Source of the DNA: Lytechinus pictus
Taxonomy: Eukaryota
Direction: 5' to 3'
Length of the DNA: 64,000 bases
Assembly: GCF_037042905.1 (NCBI RefSeq)
Contig: NC_087252.1
Coordinates: forward strand, 24,740,001-24,804,000
The notes under the pieces were generated by a model. It worked only from the letters and a program-made list of their open reading frames with translations, was not told the DNA's origin and did not search any database. Below, in pieces: positions 26,920-39,000 of the stretch. Every line of letters begins with the position of its first letter. Within the stretch, counting starts at the first letter, position 1. The translations under genes were made by a program, and so were the position numbers.

Positions 26920-27040
26920 CTGGAATAGAATTATCTGTTTGATTCATTTGTTCTTCAGCTTGTTCTGTAGGCTTGTCTTCAAGGTCTTCTGATAATCTGC
27001 GTGGAGATTTCTGCTTGCGCCGACAAGACATTTCCATCAT
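26920..27040 (-). CDS. C2H2 zinc-finger protein, first coding exon (exon 27063-26920)
   Basis: Minus-strand acceptor ctctctttttcag|, ORF MMEMSCRRKQKSPRRLSEDLEDKPTEQAEEQMNQTDNSIP, donor ccag|gtactt (phase 1). Confidence 0.8.
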
Positions 27041-27970
27041 TTCTTGAATTCATTGATTTCTTTCTGAAAAAGAGAGAGTGAAAACAAAAAAATCATTTCA
27101 GGAGCTAAATAATTGAAGAGGTTTAACGTTCAAATGACTTTTATGCTAATCTGTATGTAGTATAGTGAGTGTGCTCCATAAATCCACATCATCCTTTTTA
27201 CTCAGTTCTTGTCACGAAGCAATTTTTTTTTTTTCACATTGCAAAGCAATGAAATAGAAGTCACTCTCTTTTTTATTCTCCTTCGCGCATTTAAAGGGCG
27301 AAATAACCCCAAGCCCCCATATTTTAACGTTAATTTTTTCCTGCTTTTAATAATAATTTTCACCTTCTTCATGACCATTGCTATTTAGTAGTTAAATTGT
27401 TGTTGTTGTAGTTAAATTTATTTTTATTTTATTTCTTTTCCAGGTACACATTATACTCGTAACAATAGTCAAATTCATTACATTGATCTAACATTAGTCA
27501 AATGATCATGTTTTTTATTCAATTTTGCAAGATCAGGAATTTCAATTCATTCATTGTCATGATTGATTGCATTGTTTGATCATTCAATTAAACTTAAGAC
27601 AATAAATATGATCATGTTGATGGAGATATTTGCATACACAGTATCATCAATCAAGCAATTCCCTCATTTTCCACAAAAGATTGTGAATCACCGTTATGCA
27701 AAACTCACAGTTGTTCATTCATGTTCATTCACATGCATTGCGAAGTATGAATGGAATTGGCATTTCCCGTTTCTCATATGACCGGTATTCTACACAGCTG
27801 TACGTATGCACGCGAGACACAAAATCAATGATGCCTCATCTACGATCAACTGCCACTGGCTACGGTGCACTCTCGTCAACTCAACTCTCACTTATTCAAT
27901 CATATTAACATCGATTGTATCATTCCCCCGTTCATATCTCCAAAATGAAATTAAAAAACATAATACACAC

Positions 27971-28200
27971 CTTTTATCTCAACCAGCTATGCAGAAGAGA
28001 CTAAATTCGGTTGATTATGACTGCCTTTGTTCGCTTTTCTCCCCATCTTTTCGTTCGCGGAGGATCCGTAAAGTTTACATTATATTTCGCGAAATTTGAC
28101 CTCTTCCCAATTGACTTTCCGGGTCGTGCCTTTTGGATGACCCCGGGGGAGAAGCAACCTTTCCTCCGCGGGGTATGCCGTTGCAGCGGGTGGTCCTGTT
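27971..28200 (-). other. Probable non-coding first exon of the zinc-finger gene
   Basis: CpG-richer unique sequence ending at the minus-strand donor aaaag|gtgtgt (27971/27970), just downstream of CCAAT boxes. The TSS is approximate. Confidence 0.5.
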
Positions 28201-28214
28201 GCTAGCCATCCGAC

Positions 28215-28300
28215 AAACTTTTGACCAATCACAGCCCGGGGATGGATGCATATCAAATCAGTCAATGACAGCGAGCCAATCAAAACGATTGCGTAACGAA
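28215..28300 (-). promoter_or_regulatory. Putative proximal promoter of the zinc-finger gene
   Basis: NF-Y-type CCAAT boxes at 28225 (gaCCAATcac) and 28276 (agCCAATcaa), and a bZIP-type ttgcgtaa at 28289. Confidence 0.45.
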
Positions 28301-28599
28301 ATATCGGACATACATTTTAATGTATTATATTGATCGAATTCATTGTCATCGCTGGCTATGCAGGTTTATCAAATACTCAGATGGATAAGAAGAATTAACG
28401 AGTCTTTGTATAGTATTGGAGTATTTGGCTTTGCCAGCTAAATTGCGTACTAAATTAATTCCTTGTAATTGAATATTCGGCATGTGATTGTGATGTTTTT
28501 AAATATTTAAACGATTGCCTACACTCCATGGCTTCAAATTTTACATTTCTTTTCCTTTTTTTTTCTCTACAGTAGATATTGAGTATATATCAAAATTAA

Positions 28600-29167
28600 A
28601 TTAATAACAAACTTCCATCTCATTTCCATTAATGAAGTACTATGTTGTTTGCACCTCCCTTATCTCCCTCTTTCTTTCCTTTGCCACTTTTCCCTCCCTA
28701 TTATGATTTTGTAAGTACTTTTTTTGTGTGTTACCAGTGTAATTATTATTATTTGAATTACTTTCTCTTATTTTTGTTGTCGCTTATTCGTTTTATTTTG
28801 ATATTTGTGGATTACTTATTTTAAGTTTGTCTTCTGTGTCCGTCTCGATTTTTGTATAGAGTTGTATATATAGTTTGTTTATAATTAGGATTGAAACTAA
28901 GTTTAGGGGCTTGCCTTCTCTACAAGCTTTTGCTTTTCTTGGCAAGTCCCTCCGTTCATTTCTTGTTTCTTTTCATTGATAAAATTACTGCAACAAATTG
29001 CAGTTTTGTTTAATTTATATTCAACATTTGTTACGAAATTTCATTGATTTGTCTGTATTATCGATTATATTGAATATGTATTGTTACTTTGATTATATTT
29101 TGAAAAAAATTGTTGAACGGAAATAAAATCTAAATCTAAATCTAAATCTAAATCTAAATCTAAATCT
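28600..29167 (+). mobile_element. LINE 3' UTR relic
   Basis: 3' stem-loop ggggcttgcc...ggcaagtccc, AATAAA and an (AAATCT)n tail at 29125-29167. Confidence 0.6.
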
Positions 29168-29519
29168 TGATTGTTTATATCCTATTGTTTTCCATTCCAT
29201 TATTATCGTCATCATCATTTCCATATCTATATTGTAGTTATTTACCACAGAATTGTTTTATTTTTATTTTAAAAAACTGAGCTCGGACTTCGCGCTCACA
29301 TTGTTTATTTAGGCCTTATGAAATATCTGATCTTTTTTTATAAAAATAAAGCTAAAATATTCTTAAAACGTAAGCCTTCGGTTACAATTCCCTTCGCCCT
29401 AATTCAAAACAAAATAAAACAAAGCAAAAGAATCTGCTTTTAGCAGACGATCGATGTGGATGAAAATATTTTCCACCACCCCCCCCCTCTATTGGGGAAA
29501 GCTGAAGCCGTCCCTGCCC

Positions 29520-29853
29520 CCTTGTGAAAACTCAACAAGCCCTGCTTTTTAGTGGATCCCTCCATTTCCTCAACATTTATTTAAATAGTAAAGATGAATA
29601 AAAGAAATTATACGCAAAATGCTTTATCATGAATAGTCTACAGTTATTATATGATTATCTAGTTCATTGTAAATATCATTATTAATATGATAATCATATT
29701 GTTTAGTGTCTATTGTAAATATTTATTTATCTATGTCATATTGTCATACTGTATACATTTGTATATTTATTTATTTCTTTGTAATGATTTCTTTTACTGT
29801 TAAATTGACTTGAGTTGAAATGAAAATAAATCAAACCAAACTGAACTGAACTG
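29520..29853 (+). mobile_element. LINE 3' UTR relic (second copy at about 9130-9900, interrupted)
   Basis: acaagccctgctttttagtggatccc hairpin, AATAAA and (AACTG)n tail; near-identical to 9140-9235 plus 9698-9900. Confidence 0.65.
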
Positions 29854-30275
29854 TCAACAAGATCTATTAAAGTTTAATGTCTGAGCGTGATGTTTTTGTA
29901 ACGTGGTACTAATGACTGAAGCTAGTGTAGGATTAGTCAATTCGTAATCCGTGTTACTATGTCAGTGTTTTATGCAACATGTATCATTCGAACAAGCCCA
30001 TCCCATGCACGGGGAACGTGGTTTTTTTTCTTCTAATTTTATGAGGTGGGTGGGGGCATTTTTCTCATTATCGATTAGTCCAAAGAATGCTAAGAAGATA
30101 TAGAAAAGTTGCATCAAATATTAATCGAGATCTATTTGACTATGTTGATGCTTATCAGGGCTAATTTTTGCCAATTTGCGTAAGTCGCTATTTCCATTTT
30201 GTCTGAGTTGTCTGACATTTTCATGGATAATAAATAGTCAAACAGAAAAATCTATACATGAACCGGTTGACTTAA

Positions 30276-30896
30276 GGCCACCGCGCACCTTACGACTGTT
30301 CGCGATCCGATTTTTAAACAAATTTCATTTTGCTCATTTTCTGAAAATGTGAATGGAACATATCATTATATTTGAGGTTAAAATTAATTGAAAGAATACT
30401 AATATAACCGTTTTGTAAGATTGTAAGCCTTTATTTTGGAGTAAAGGCCAAATTAGTTTCAAATCGTAGCCAATCGTACAATTGCTGTGACTTTATTAAG
30501 ACTAAATATTAAAATTGCTTTTATTCTAAGAAGGATGATAGCAAAGTCACAAATTTGAACATAGGTATTCGTACGATGATTTAGAACATTACATTATCTG
30601 TTTGATTCATTTGTTCTTCAGCTTGTTCTGTAGGCTTGTCTTCAAGGTCTTCTGATAATCTGCGTTGAGAATTCTGCTTGCGCCGACAAGACATTTCCAT
30701 CATTTCTTGAATTCATTGATTTCTTTCTGAAAAAGAGGGAGTGAAAAAAAAATCATTTCAGGAGCTAAAGAATTAAAGAGGTTTAACGTTCAAATGACTT
30801 TTATGCTAATCTGTATAGAGTATAGTGAGTGCGCTCCATAAATCCACATCTTCATTTTTACTCAGAAGTTCTTCAATCGTAAGGTGTGCGGTCGCC
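30276..30896. mobile_element. TTAA-flanked TIR element (Kolobok-like MITE) carrying the captured exon
   Basis: ttaa|ggccaccgcgcaccttacga ... tcgtaaggtgtgcggtcgcc|ttaa; a truncated relative lies at about 26700-26911. Confidence 0.85.
30593..30873 (-). pseudogene. Duplicated fragment of the zinc-finger first coding exon plus flanking intron (copy of about 26930-27210)
   Basis: Near-identical to 26930-27210; reads MMEMSCRRKQNSQRRL...QTDNVMF-stop; splice donor lost. Confidence 0.9.
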
Positions 30897-31977
30897 TTAA
30901 CAGATTGACAATAGCATGCACATTATCAAACAAATGTTGTTCTTGATGACACCCTGAAAACAAGCCCGATAATAAGCCAGTTCGGAGTTCCATTCTTCAC
31001 ATCACTGGCAGATCACAGGCGGGGGGGGGGGGGGTAAAGCCGGCCCGTGCGCCCCCCTTGAGAGGCACTATTAACATTTGTAATGTAAAAATGCCGTTAA
31101 AACAGAATTGTGCCCCCTTTTGAAAGTGGAGACTTTATTTTTTGCTTGCCATTTTTTTTCGTGGACGAAATATCCTGAATTTTTGGGTTTTTTCTTTCTT
31201 TTTTTCTTCGTTTTGCTTGTCAAATCAGTTTTTCCTTGGGAAAATGTGCCTCCCCCCTTGGAAAATCCTGGATCCCCCCTGCTGCGCATGATCAGAAGAA
31301 GGTCATTCGTACTTAAAGTGACATGGTGGTTTAATATCTAATGAGATAAGCACCAGCTTTGATGTCTTGATTATTCATAATTTCTTTTGAATTTTGGTTT
31401 TCATTAGATGCACACAAAACAACAATGCGTCCACTAGCGACTAGTATTTCACAGTTGGCCATGATTGTTATAGCAACTTGTTAATGCATTCAAAGTAAAA
31501 ATACAACAAATATTTTCATAGAGTGTTCATTGGTGTGATATTCTGCATCCTGCTATATGTAAGGCATGCTTACATAATATCTTGCTTTGAAATCTGCCTA
31601 TCATAATGTAAAAAAAAAATGAAAGTTCATTTTACCAAAATTGCCCATGAGGGAATACCGAACTGTACTGACCGCACAGAAATGTTGTTGGCGCTAACAA
31701 TGCACTTACAGAGGCCCTCTTACAACCTATAATGAAGCAGTGATGCCTAATACATTTTTACTACATATTTTTTTTAATAAAATTCACCAATTGTGTGCTC
31801 GAAATTCTTTAAGAAATGCAATAGCGCCCCAGTGATAAGCTCGGTCGCTTCGCTCGCAGGCTTTCGACTTTCCATTACGTCAAACCCCCGTTTGGGGAAA
31901 GACCGCAGTTCAGATTGCAAACTGCGGTTCTATACCCCATTTTGCGTTTGTAAATCCCAAAACCATTTCCAAGCCCA

Positions 31978-32141
31978 GGGGGCCGTTTCATAAAGCTGCT
32001 CGTAAGTTAAGAGCGACTATAAGAACGACTGGTGATCCTTTCTCGCACGCTAGATCATCGCCAATGGTGTGTACCATTTACCGCAAGATGCAGGATCACC
32101 AGTCGCTCTTTATTTACGAACAGCTTTATGAAACACCCGCC
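31978..32141. mobile_element. Short MITE (copies at 22448-22613 and 24972-25146)
   Basis: gggccgtttcataaagctg...cagctttatgaaacaccc, palindromic structure of about 170 bp. Confidence 0.75.
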
Positions 32142-32660
32142 TGATCAACCCCGCTAGGCCAGGTAATCCCCGCTGTCTCAATTTTACCTCCACAGGCCAG
32201 ATTATGAGCCTTGAGCCAAGGACGAAATGATAAACAACAGCTGTGCTATTACGTAAGACTTCTCTGCCTGTAGTAGGACCTTCGGAATGAAATTATTGTA
32301 TTCGATATTTAATCACGTTTTCAAAGGCATATTGTATTCAGAAATCCAATGTTAGTCCATTTTCAATTTCGAACGAAGAAAATCGACCTCGAAATAAGGA
32401 AAGTAAGTGAATTAAAATGACGGCATGCTTTGCTCGGGCTGGTTGTGTTATCTTCGGACCGAGGTCAAGAAACGGGTGTTTTGATACTTAAATTGCTTGC
32501 TTGGGGCAGTTATGGTTTGTCGTACTTGGAGAAGAGGATTGATTGAGGGAAACTGGGGTATAGTGTTCTCAAATGAAAGGTTTTCGTCATGCAAACATTT
32601 TTACGCGTCATGCCCCCCCCCCCCCTCCCCAGAAAAACAAATCTGTGTACGGCCATGACC

Positions 32661-32841
32661 GTGTGTGTGTATTTGAGTTTTGTCAGATGTGGATCAATCA
32701 GATATGATTATTTACGTCTGGGACCGACCTTCAACGTCACCATCCGAAAGACGTGACCGGGGCTCGAACCTCTGCATCAATTTGTAACTTCCCCACATAG
32801 CTTGGATTACAGGCGCACGCCACAACGCCACAACGCCCAGA
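32661..32841 (-). mobile_element. Candidate 7SL RNA (Alu-domain)-headed SINE with Deu/Nin-like body and (AC)n tail
   Basis: Minus strand reads ctgggcgttgtggcg(ttgtggcg)tgcgcctgtaatccaagctatgtgggg...gaggttcgagcccc-ggtcacgtctttcggatggtgacgttgaaggtcggtccc...acacacacac. Confidence 0.7.
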
Positions 32842-33574
32842 ACATAGCAACACTCAGCTATTGATTTAAAAAAACTCTTTTTTTTTTAGGTTGAATTAAC
32901 GGTACTTGGTTTACCAGGCACCTACCTATTAAAAGTAACGCTTATGTGTTTTCAATAACTTGTCCTGCATGACGCACATGGTAAATAGGTATATACCTGC
33001 TGGCAACTATAGCATGAAAAGCTATTATATCGAAGTGGGATGGCCTTTGTGCTAACATGAATCGAACCACTCCTCACGCTTCACCCCCAAGTGCATTTAA
33101 AAGCGATCAAAAATATTCGTTATACAAAGCCTATTATATTTTAACAATAACGGCATTCCTAATGCGGGATTGAAAGGGAAAAACCCGAAAGTTTTTTTTT
33201 TTGTTGTTGAAAAACCCGAAAGTTGTTATTGTGATATGATTATTATTTTTTATGTAGAGGCCTATACAATTTTTTGTTTGCCTGTTGTGTCCATGTAGGA
33301 AAGAATACAACGCCTCACAGTGTGGAATACAGTGTGAAATAGGGTTCAAATGGCACGACATCCACCCTCTACGCCGATGGCTTCTTTGGGTGGCATTGAA
33401 ATGATAGGGATTCATCTTGGTTATAAAATGTTGTGTTGAAAGGAGAACATAATGGTGAAAGTTAGGAAGAAATCGGACAAGCAATAATAAATCAAATCAA
33501 GAAAGTTATGGCTGCTTTAAAATTGAGATCTCTAAGACTATGTAGATTTCAAATTGGCAACTGGGTAAGTCAAA

Positions 33575-34005
33575 TAGCCAGTTCGTAGTTCGTCTCTGCG
33601 CATGATCAGAGGAAGGTCATTGGTACTAAAGTGACATGGTTGTTTAAAATTCAATGAGATAAGCACCAACTTTGATGTCTTGATTATTCATAGATAATTT
33701 TGCATTGTGTTTTGCATTTATATCCACAAAAACAACAACAACGCGTCCACGAACATCTGGTTTTCACAGTTTGCCAAGTACATTGTACAACATGCTATAA
33801 AATGCATTCAAAGTAGAAATGTAACAATTCCTTCATAGAGTGTTCATTGGTGTGCTATTCTAGTCACCTGGTCTATTCACTTTCTTCATACTGCTATGTA
33901 AGGCATGCTTACGTAATATCTTGCTTTGAAATCTGCCTTTCATAATGAAAGAAATTAAAGGTCATTTGACCAAAATTGTCCATTAAGTAACTACGAACTC
34001 GTCTA
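33575..34005. mobile_element. TIR element inserted in a family D MITE (relative at about 30975-31665, itself interrupted at 31013-31281)
   Basis: TIR tagccagttcgtagtt / aactacgaactcgtcta; family D sequence resumes on both sides. Confidence 0.7.
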
Positions 34006-34534
34006 TTATGACAAGGGCAAGGACAACCCATAGGCACTGAACTTATAGGTCAAACGTAGGCCTACTCATTATCAGGGATTTGCGGTTTTCTCTCAAGCAT
34101 ATACTCATTCCCCGGGGCAGTAATCTAAATATATAACCCAGGTATTATATTGTTATATGTCCTCATGAAATAAAAATATAATTTGAAGTAAACATTTTTC
34201 AGAACGACATTCAAGCCGTTTTATATATTGGAGTTCATGGACGAGTAGGCCTTGCCGGACCATCCTTGCCCTACATCACGATGACATCACATATGCGGTC
34301 AATTCTCTTTTGGTGTAGAGATTATAAAAAATATCTATGACTTTAAAAAAATAATAACTTTCTTATTGTCTGTCGGATATTGTTCAAACTTTCACCTATC
34401 AACTTGTCTGATTTTTCTTTTCCATCTCATAACAAAAACAAGGTTTCATTTGGGTTGGATTCCCCTTTAGTGGTTTCCTCACCCTTTGCCTTCCTGTTTC
34501 GTCATCCTCCCCCATTCCTTGCATCTTTTGCATC

Positions 34535-34797
34535 CATAGGCGGAAATCCCAGGGGGAACAGGGGGACGCGTCCCCCTACCCAAAATAGTAGTCGAGACAC
34601 AATATCAAATGTCCCCCTACTATTTTTGGTATTTTATGATGGAAAGAAATACAACATTCAAAATCGAAATAAAACATGTATTTTGGACGAGATGACCTTA
34701 CTTTTTGGGTGATAACCCTTTTTTTTCTTTTTTTTTTTGCTTGTCAAATTTTCCAGCCCCTGGTCCCCCTGCCTTTGGGGAGAGATTTCCGCCCTTG
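34535..34797. mobile_element. hAT-like MITE (duplicate at about 36803-37036)
   Basis: TIR cataggcggaaatc / gatttccgcccttg; 8-bp TSD tttgcatc/tttacatc. Confidence 0.75.
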
Positions 34798-35051
34798 TTT
34801 ACATCCACTTAAAGCAGCAGCAAGAGCACACACTCCAAAAGTATGTTAAATCGAAGGAACGAGGATTGACATAATAATAATATTAATTAAGCGCTTTTAC
34901 GTCGGAACGACGCGCTCAGAGACGCCGCGACATCTCGAAGCACTTTACAGATTAACGTGTTTACACCTGATCGGCTTTTGGTTCAGAACCAAAAGCCGAT
35001 GGAGAATCGGCTTTTGGTTTATCTTGCACTGCGTTTACACGCTGTTACAGG

Positions 35052-35545
35052 ATGTTGTTTCTATGGCAATTGGACAATGATGATAAATGTGAAGCTTGTA
35101 ATATCAAAGAAGATTTGATACATGCTTTTTTGTATTGTAGTTTGAATAGGCATTTCTTTTATAAGTTATTCATAATGATTAAAAATGTGTATGACGTAGA
35201 CCTTTGTTTTCATGTTGATATTTTGTTGAAAACTTACAAAGAAAAGAAGATTGATGATATTATAACAATAGCACTTTGGAGTGTTTATAAGATGTTAATT
35301 TTTAGAAACTTACATAGAAAAGAAGAAAGAGAAAATAAATTATGGTTTACTTTTCTCTAAGAATTGAAATTAAGATTAGATATCAATAAGATTCTGAGGA
35401 AAAGAAGAAAGAAAGAAATGTATAATTTGCCTGTTGCTTTGGAAATGTATCTATGAGTTTTGTCTAAAAACGATGTGTATATGAAATGAATTTTTGTTGA
35501 AAATAAATGCCCCTGTTATGGGTGAAAGAGAGAGAAAAAAAGAGA
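35052..35545 (+). mobile_element. 3' fragment of an L1/Tx1-like LINE (zf-RVT CCHC region)
   Basis: ORF contains CEACNIKEDLIHAFLYC and ALWSVYK, followed by AATAAA and an (AG)n/A-rich tail. Confidence 0.7.
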
Positions 35546-35759
35546 GTTATGCTTTAAAATTGAGATCTCTAAGACTAGGTAGATTTCAAATTGGCAACTG
35601 GGTATGACAAGGACAAGGACAACCTATAGGCACTGAAGTTATAGGTCAAATGTAGGTCTATACTTATTATCAGGGATTTGCGGTTTTCTCCCAAGTATAT
35701 ACTCATTCCCCGGGGCAGTAATCCAGGTAGTATATTGTTATATGTCCTCATGAAAGAAA

Positions 35760-35761
<2 letters not shown>

Positions 35762-35791
<30 letters not shown>

Positions 35792-36022
35792 GCATTAATT
35801 TATATAGCGCAGCTTTTATATGGATATATTCAGCTGCGCTTGTTCAGAGCTCTTTTTACTTATGTCTACACAGCATATTTTCTTAACTAAAGAGATATGT
35901 TTTTAATTTTGATTTGAAGAGAGCCAAGGATGGTGAGCTTCTTATATCAATTGGCAGGCTGTTCCATAGTTTGGGGGCAGCAACTGCAAATGCACGATCA
36001 CCAAGTGTGACTTTTGTTTTGT
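35762..36022 (-). mobile_element. 3' end of an L2-like LINE
   Basis: Minus strand encodes TLGDRAFAVAAPKLWNSLPIDIRSSPSLALFKSKLKTYLF, followed by an (ATT)n tail. Confidence 0.8.
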
Positions 36023-39000
36023 GAAATATGAAGTAAAACTTTTTTTAAAAGACTTTTAAGCCGTTTTATGTCCGGGGGGGGGGGGTAGTCAAATGTATTT
36101 GGTACACATGCGTGACCAAATTATTTCCAAACACCTCCTAAAAGATTTTTTTTTCTCTGTGTGCAAAATAACACCCTACACAATTTTTTCTCGGGCTTTA
36201 TTTACAAATTTTGGCCCCTAAACAAGTTGTCACCAGAATATGACCCCGGGGAAAAGGCTTGGGGGAAAAAACATACCCTGAACCCGTTTGGCTAGTCTTA
36301 AAAAAAGCTTTGGATAAAATACCCTAAATACGTTTGACCCCGCTATTGACCATTGACCAGTCCTTCAAAACCACCCTTTTCCTTGAAAATCTGTGTTTTT
36401 GACACCCTTAACGAGTGCACGCGCGACCCTCGTCCAAAACTGAAAAAGAGCCCCTTTAAACGTTCTTTGGGTCATGCATGTGTACAGCAATATATTTGAC
36501 TGCCCCCCCCGTATAGGAGTGCATGGAACAGTAGGCCTTGCCGGACCGTCCTTGCCCTACATCACTATGACATATGAGGCCAATTCTCTATAGGTGTAGA
36601 GATTATATAAAATATTATGACTTTTGAAAATTCAAACTTTCTTACTGTTTGTCGGATATTGTTCAAACTTTCACCTATCAACTTGTCTCATTTTTTTCCC
36701 CTGAAAAGGTTTTATTTGGGTTAGATTCCCCTGTAGGGGTTTTCCTTCCCCCTTGCCTTCCTTTCTCGTCACCCTTCCCCCAATTCTTGCCTCTTTTGCA
36801 TCCAGAGGCGGAAATCCCAGGGGGAACAGGTGGACGCGTCCCCCTACCCAAAATAGTAGTCGAGACACAATATCAAATGTCCCCCTACTATTTTTGGTAT
36901 TTTATGATGGAAAGAAATACAACATTCAAAATCGAAATAAAACATGTATTTTGGACGAGATGACCTTACTTTTTGGGTGTTAACCCTTTTTTTTTTTGCT
37001 TGTCAAATTTTCCAGCCCCTGGTCCCCCTACCTTTGGGGAAAGATTTCCGCCCTTGTTTACATCCACTCAAAGCAGCAGCAAGAGCACACCCTAAAAAAG
37101 TATGTTAAATCGAAGGAACGAGGATTTAAATGATAATATTAGTTAAGCGAAAAGCGCTTAATACGTCGGAGCGACGCGGTTAGAGACGCCGCGACGTCTC
37201 GAAGCGCTTTACAGATATATTATTATCCCGGTCATAGGATCCCTGGGAAGCATTCCAACAAGACTCAGTTCCAAGACTCAATTGCTAGGCATACTACATG
37301 TACTACAAAGGCTACCGGGTATCCATTTTAACACCTGGCTGGAGAGTGGCAAAGTGTGGATTGTCGCCTTGCCAAAGGACGTAGCTAAGTTATGGTGGAA
37401 TTCGAACACAGTCACTAGAAAAACAGTAATCATAAATTATATATTTATCAGTGGCATAATGAGCCAAATAGGCATAATTGAGGGGGCTAAATATGGTGTA
37501 TTGTGTAAAATTTAGGAAAAGTTGCGAGCGAGCAAAAATTTCGCCATCTTTATTACAAAAAGAATCAAAAATTTTGTTACATTTTGACATAATATTGCTT
37601 GGTCGTGATTTTTTTTTTTTTTTTTTTTTTGGGGGGGGGGGGCATCTTCCGAGCCCCCATCTGTACGCCAGAGATATTTAGGCCCATATACAAACGAGGG
37701 CTTACAACCCATATATGACCGAAGACCGATCAAGGATTCAAGTACATATCTATAGGCCCCAAAAGCAATCCAGGATCCTCAGTCACATGAGGCCTTTCCT
37801 TGTTGTACAGCCTCCGGTGTAGTGTTTCAATATTAAAGGAAAACCCTGTCATCGATAACATGAGAATCGGGACCCCCCCCAAAAAAAAAAGAAGATGATA
37901 ATGAATAAATAAATAAATAAATAAATAGAATAAAAAATAAAATATAAGAAAAAATAATTATAATGATAATGATAATTAAAAAATAAATAAGAAAATAAAT
38001 AAATGAATAAATATATGAATTAATTAATGAATAAAAGGGTATTCAAAAATCTTTATCAGAGGGAGGAAAGACGTGGACAATGACCTGAAGATGTGACCTT
38101 CAACATTATCGTCATTTTTTTCAACTGTGGTTCATGGTGTGATAGGACGCTTTGCTCTGATGTAAATCACCATGACCTTTGATGACTGAGACAAGAATTT
38201 ATATAATTTCATACTCGATGTGTGAGAGATTAATCCTCCAAACGCATTTCAGTGTCACCGTCACTGAATTGGTAAAACGTCGTATATCAAGATTTAACAT
38301 TTTTTAGAATAGGCTGAATAGCGCTGAAAACCCCCTCGATTTTATTTTAAAAAAAATTACACAATCATAATGGGCATTTGTAAAGACCTATACTTTTGCG
38401 CAAGGGCGACCAAGCATCAAGGGGCGTTGCGTGTGGTCGGGGTCCCCATCTATGGGGAACGTTTAATCCTGTGGCTTCAGACCTACATTTAAAAGGTTGG
38501 ATGATATTTTTTTGGTATAAGAGGCCAGGAAAGAGGGAAAATAGAGAAGGAATATAACACGAAATCGCAAATTATGATAAACAAATAATATAGGGGAAAG
38601 CTGTTATGTATGGGTAGTTATTGTATTAGAATACTTTTTATCTTTATCTAACTGGATACGTACTTTCAAACTTCATTTATCAGTGTATATTAGAACAAAT
38701 TTCACTTTCATTTGATGTAAGATCAGAGTCGGCCTGACCCGTGCTGACACGAGAATGGATTATTTTAAAATTTTCGTCATTATTGTCAAATTTTCGATAT
38801 TGATACGATCCTCGAAAAAGGAGTACCGGTCAAAATAACATTTTCATTGTCAAATTTACTTGATTCTAGTCAAGCAATCATAGTGAAATTGATTGTTGAT
38901 CATAGCGATTCATGGATATTGCCAAATTAATATGATGGACTTTAATAGTCGAATTAGACTATCCTCATCAAATTGACGCGATCCTAGTCAAACTGACAAT

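Noticed and set aside
32780..32841. Human Alu contamination
   Set aside because: Similarity is limited to about 45 nt of the Alu-domain head, with substitutions that keep pairing. The body and tail are not Alu, and the flanks are continuous with host repeats.
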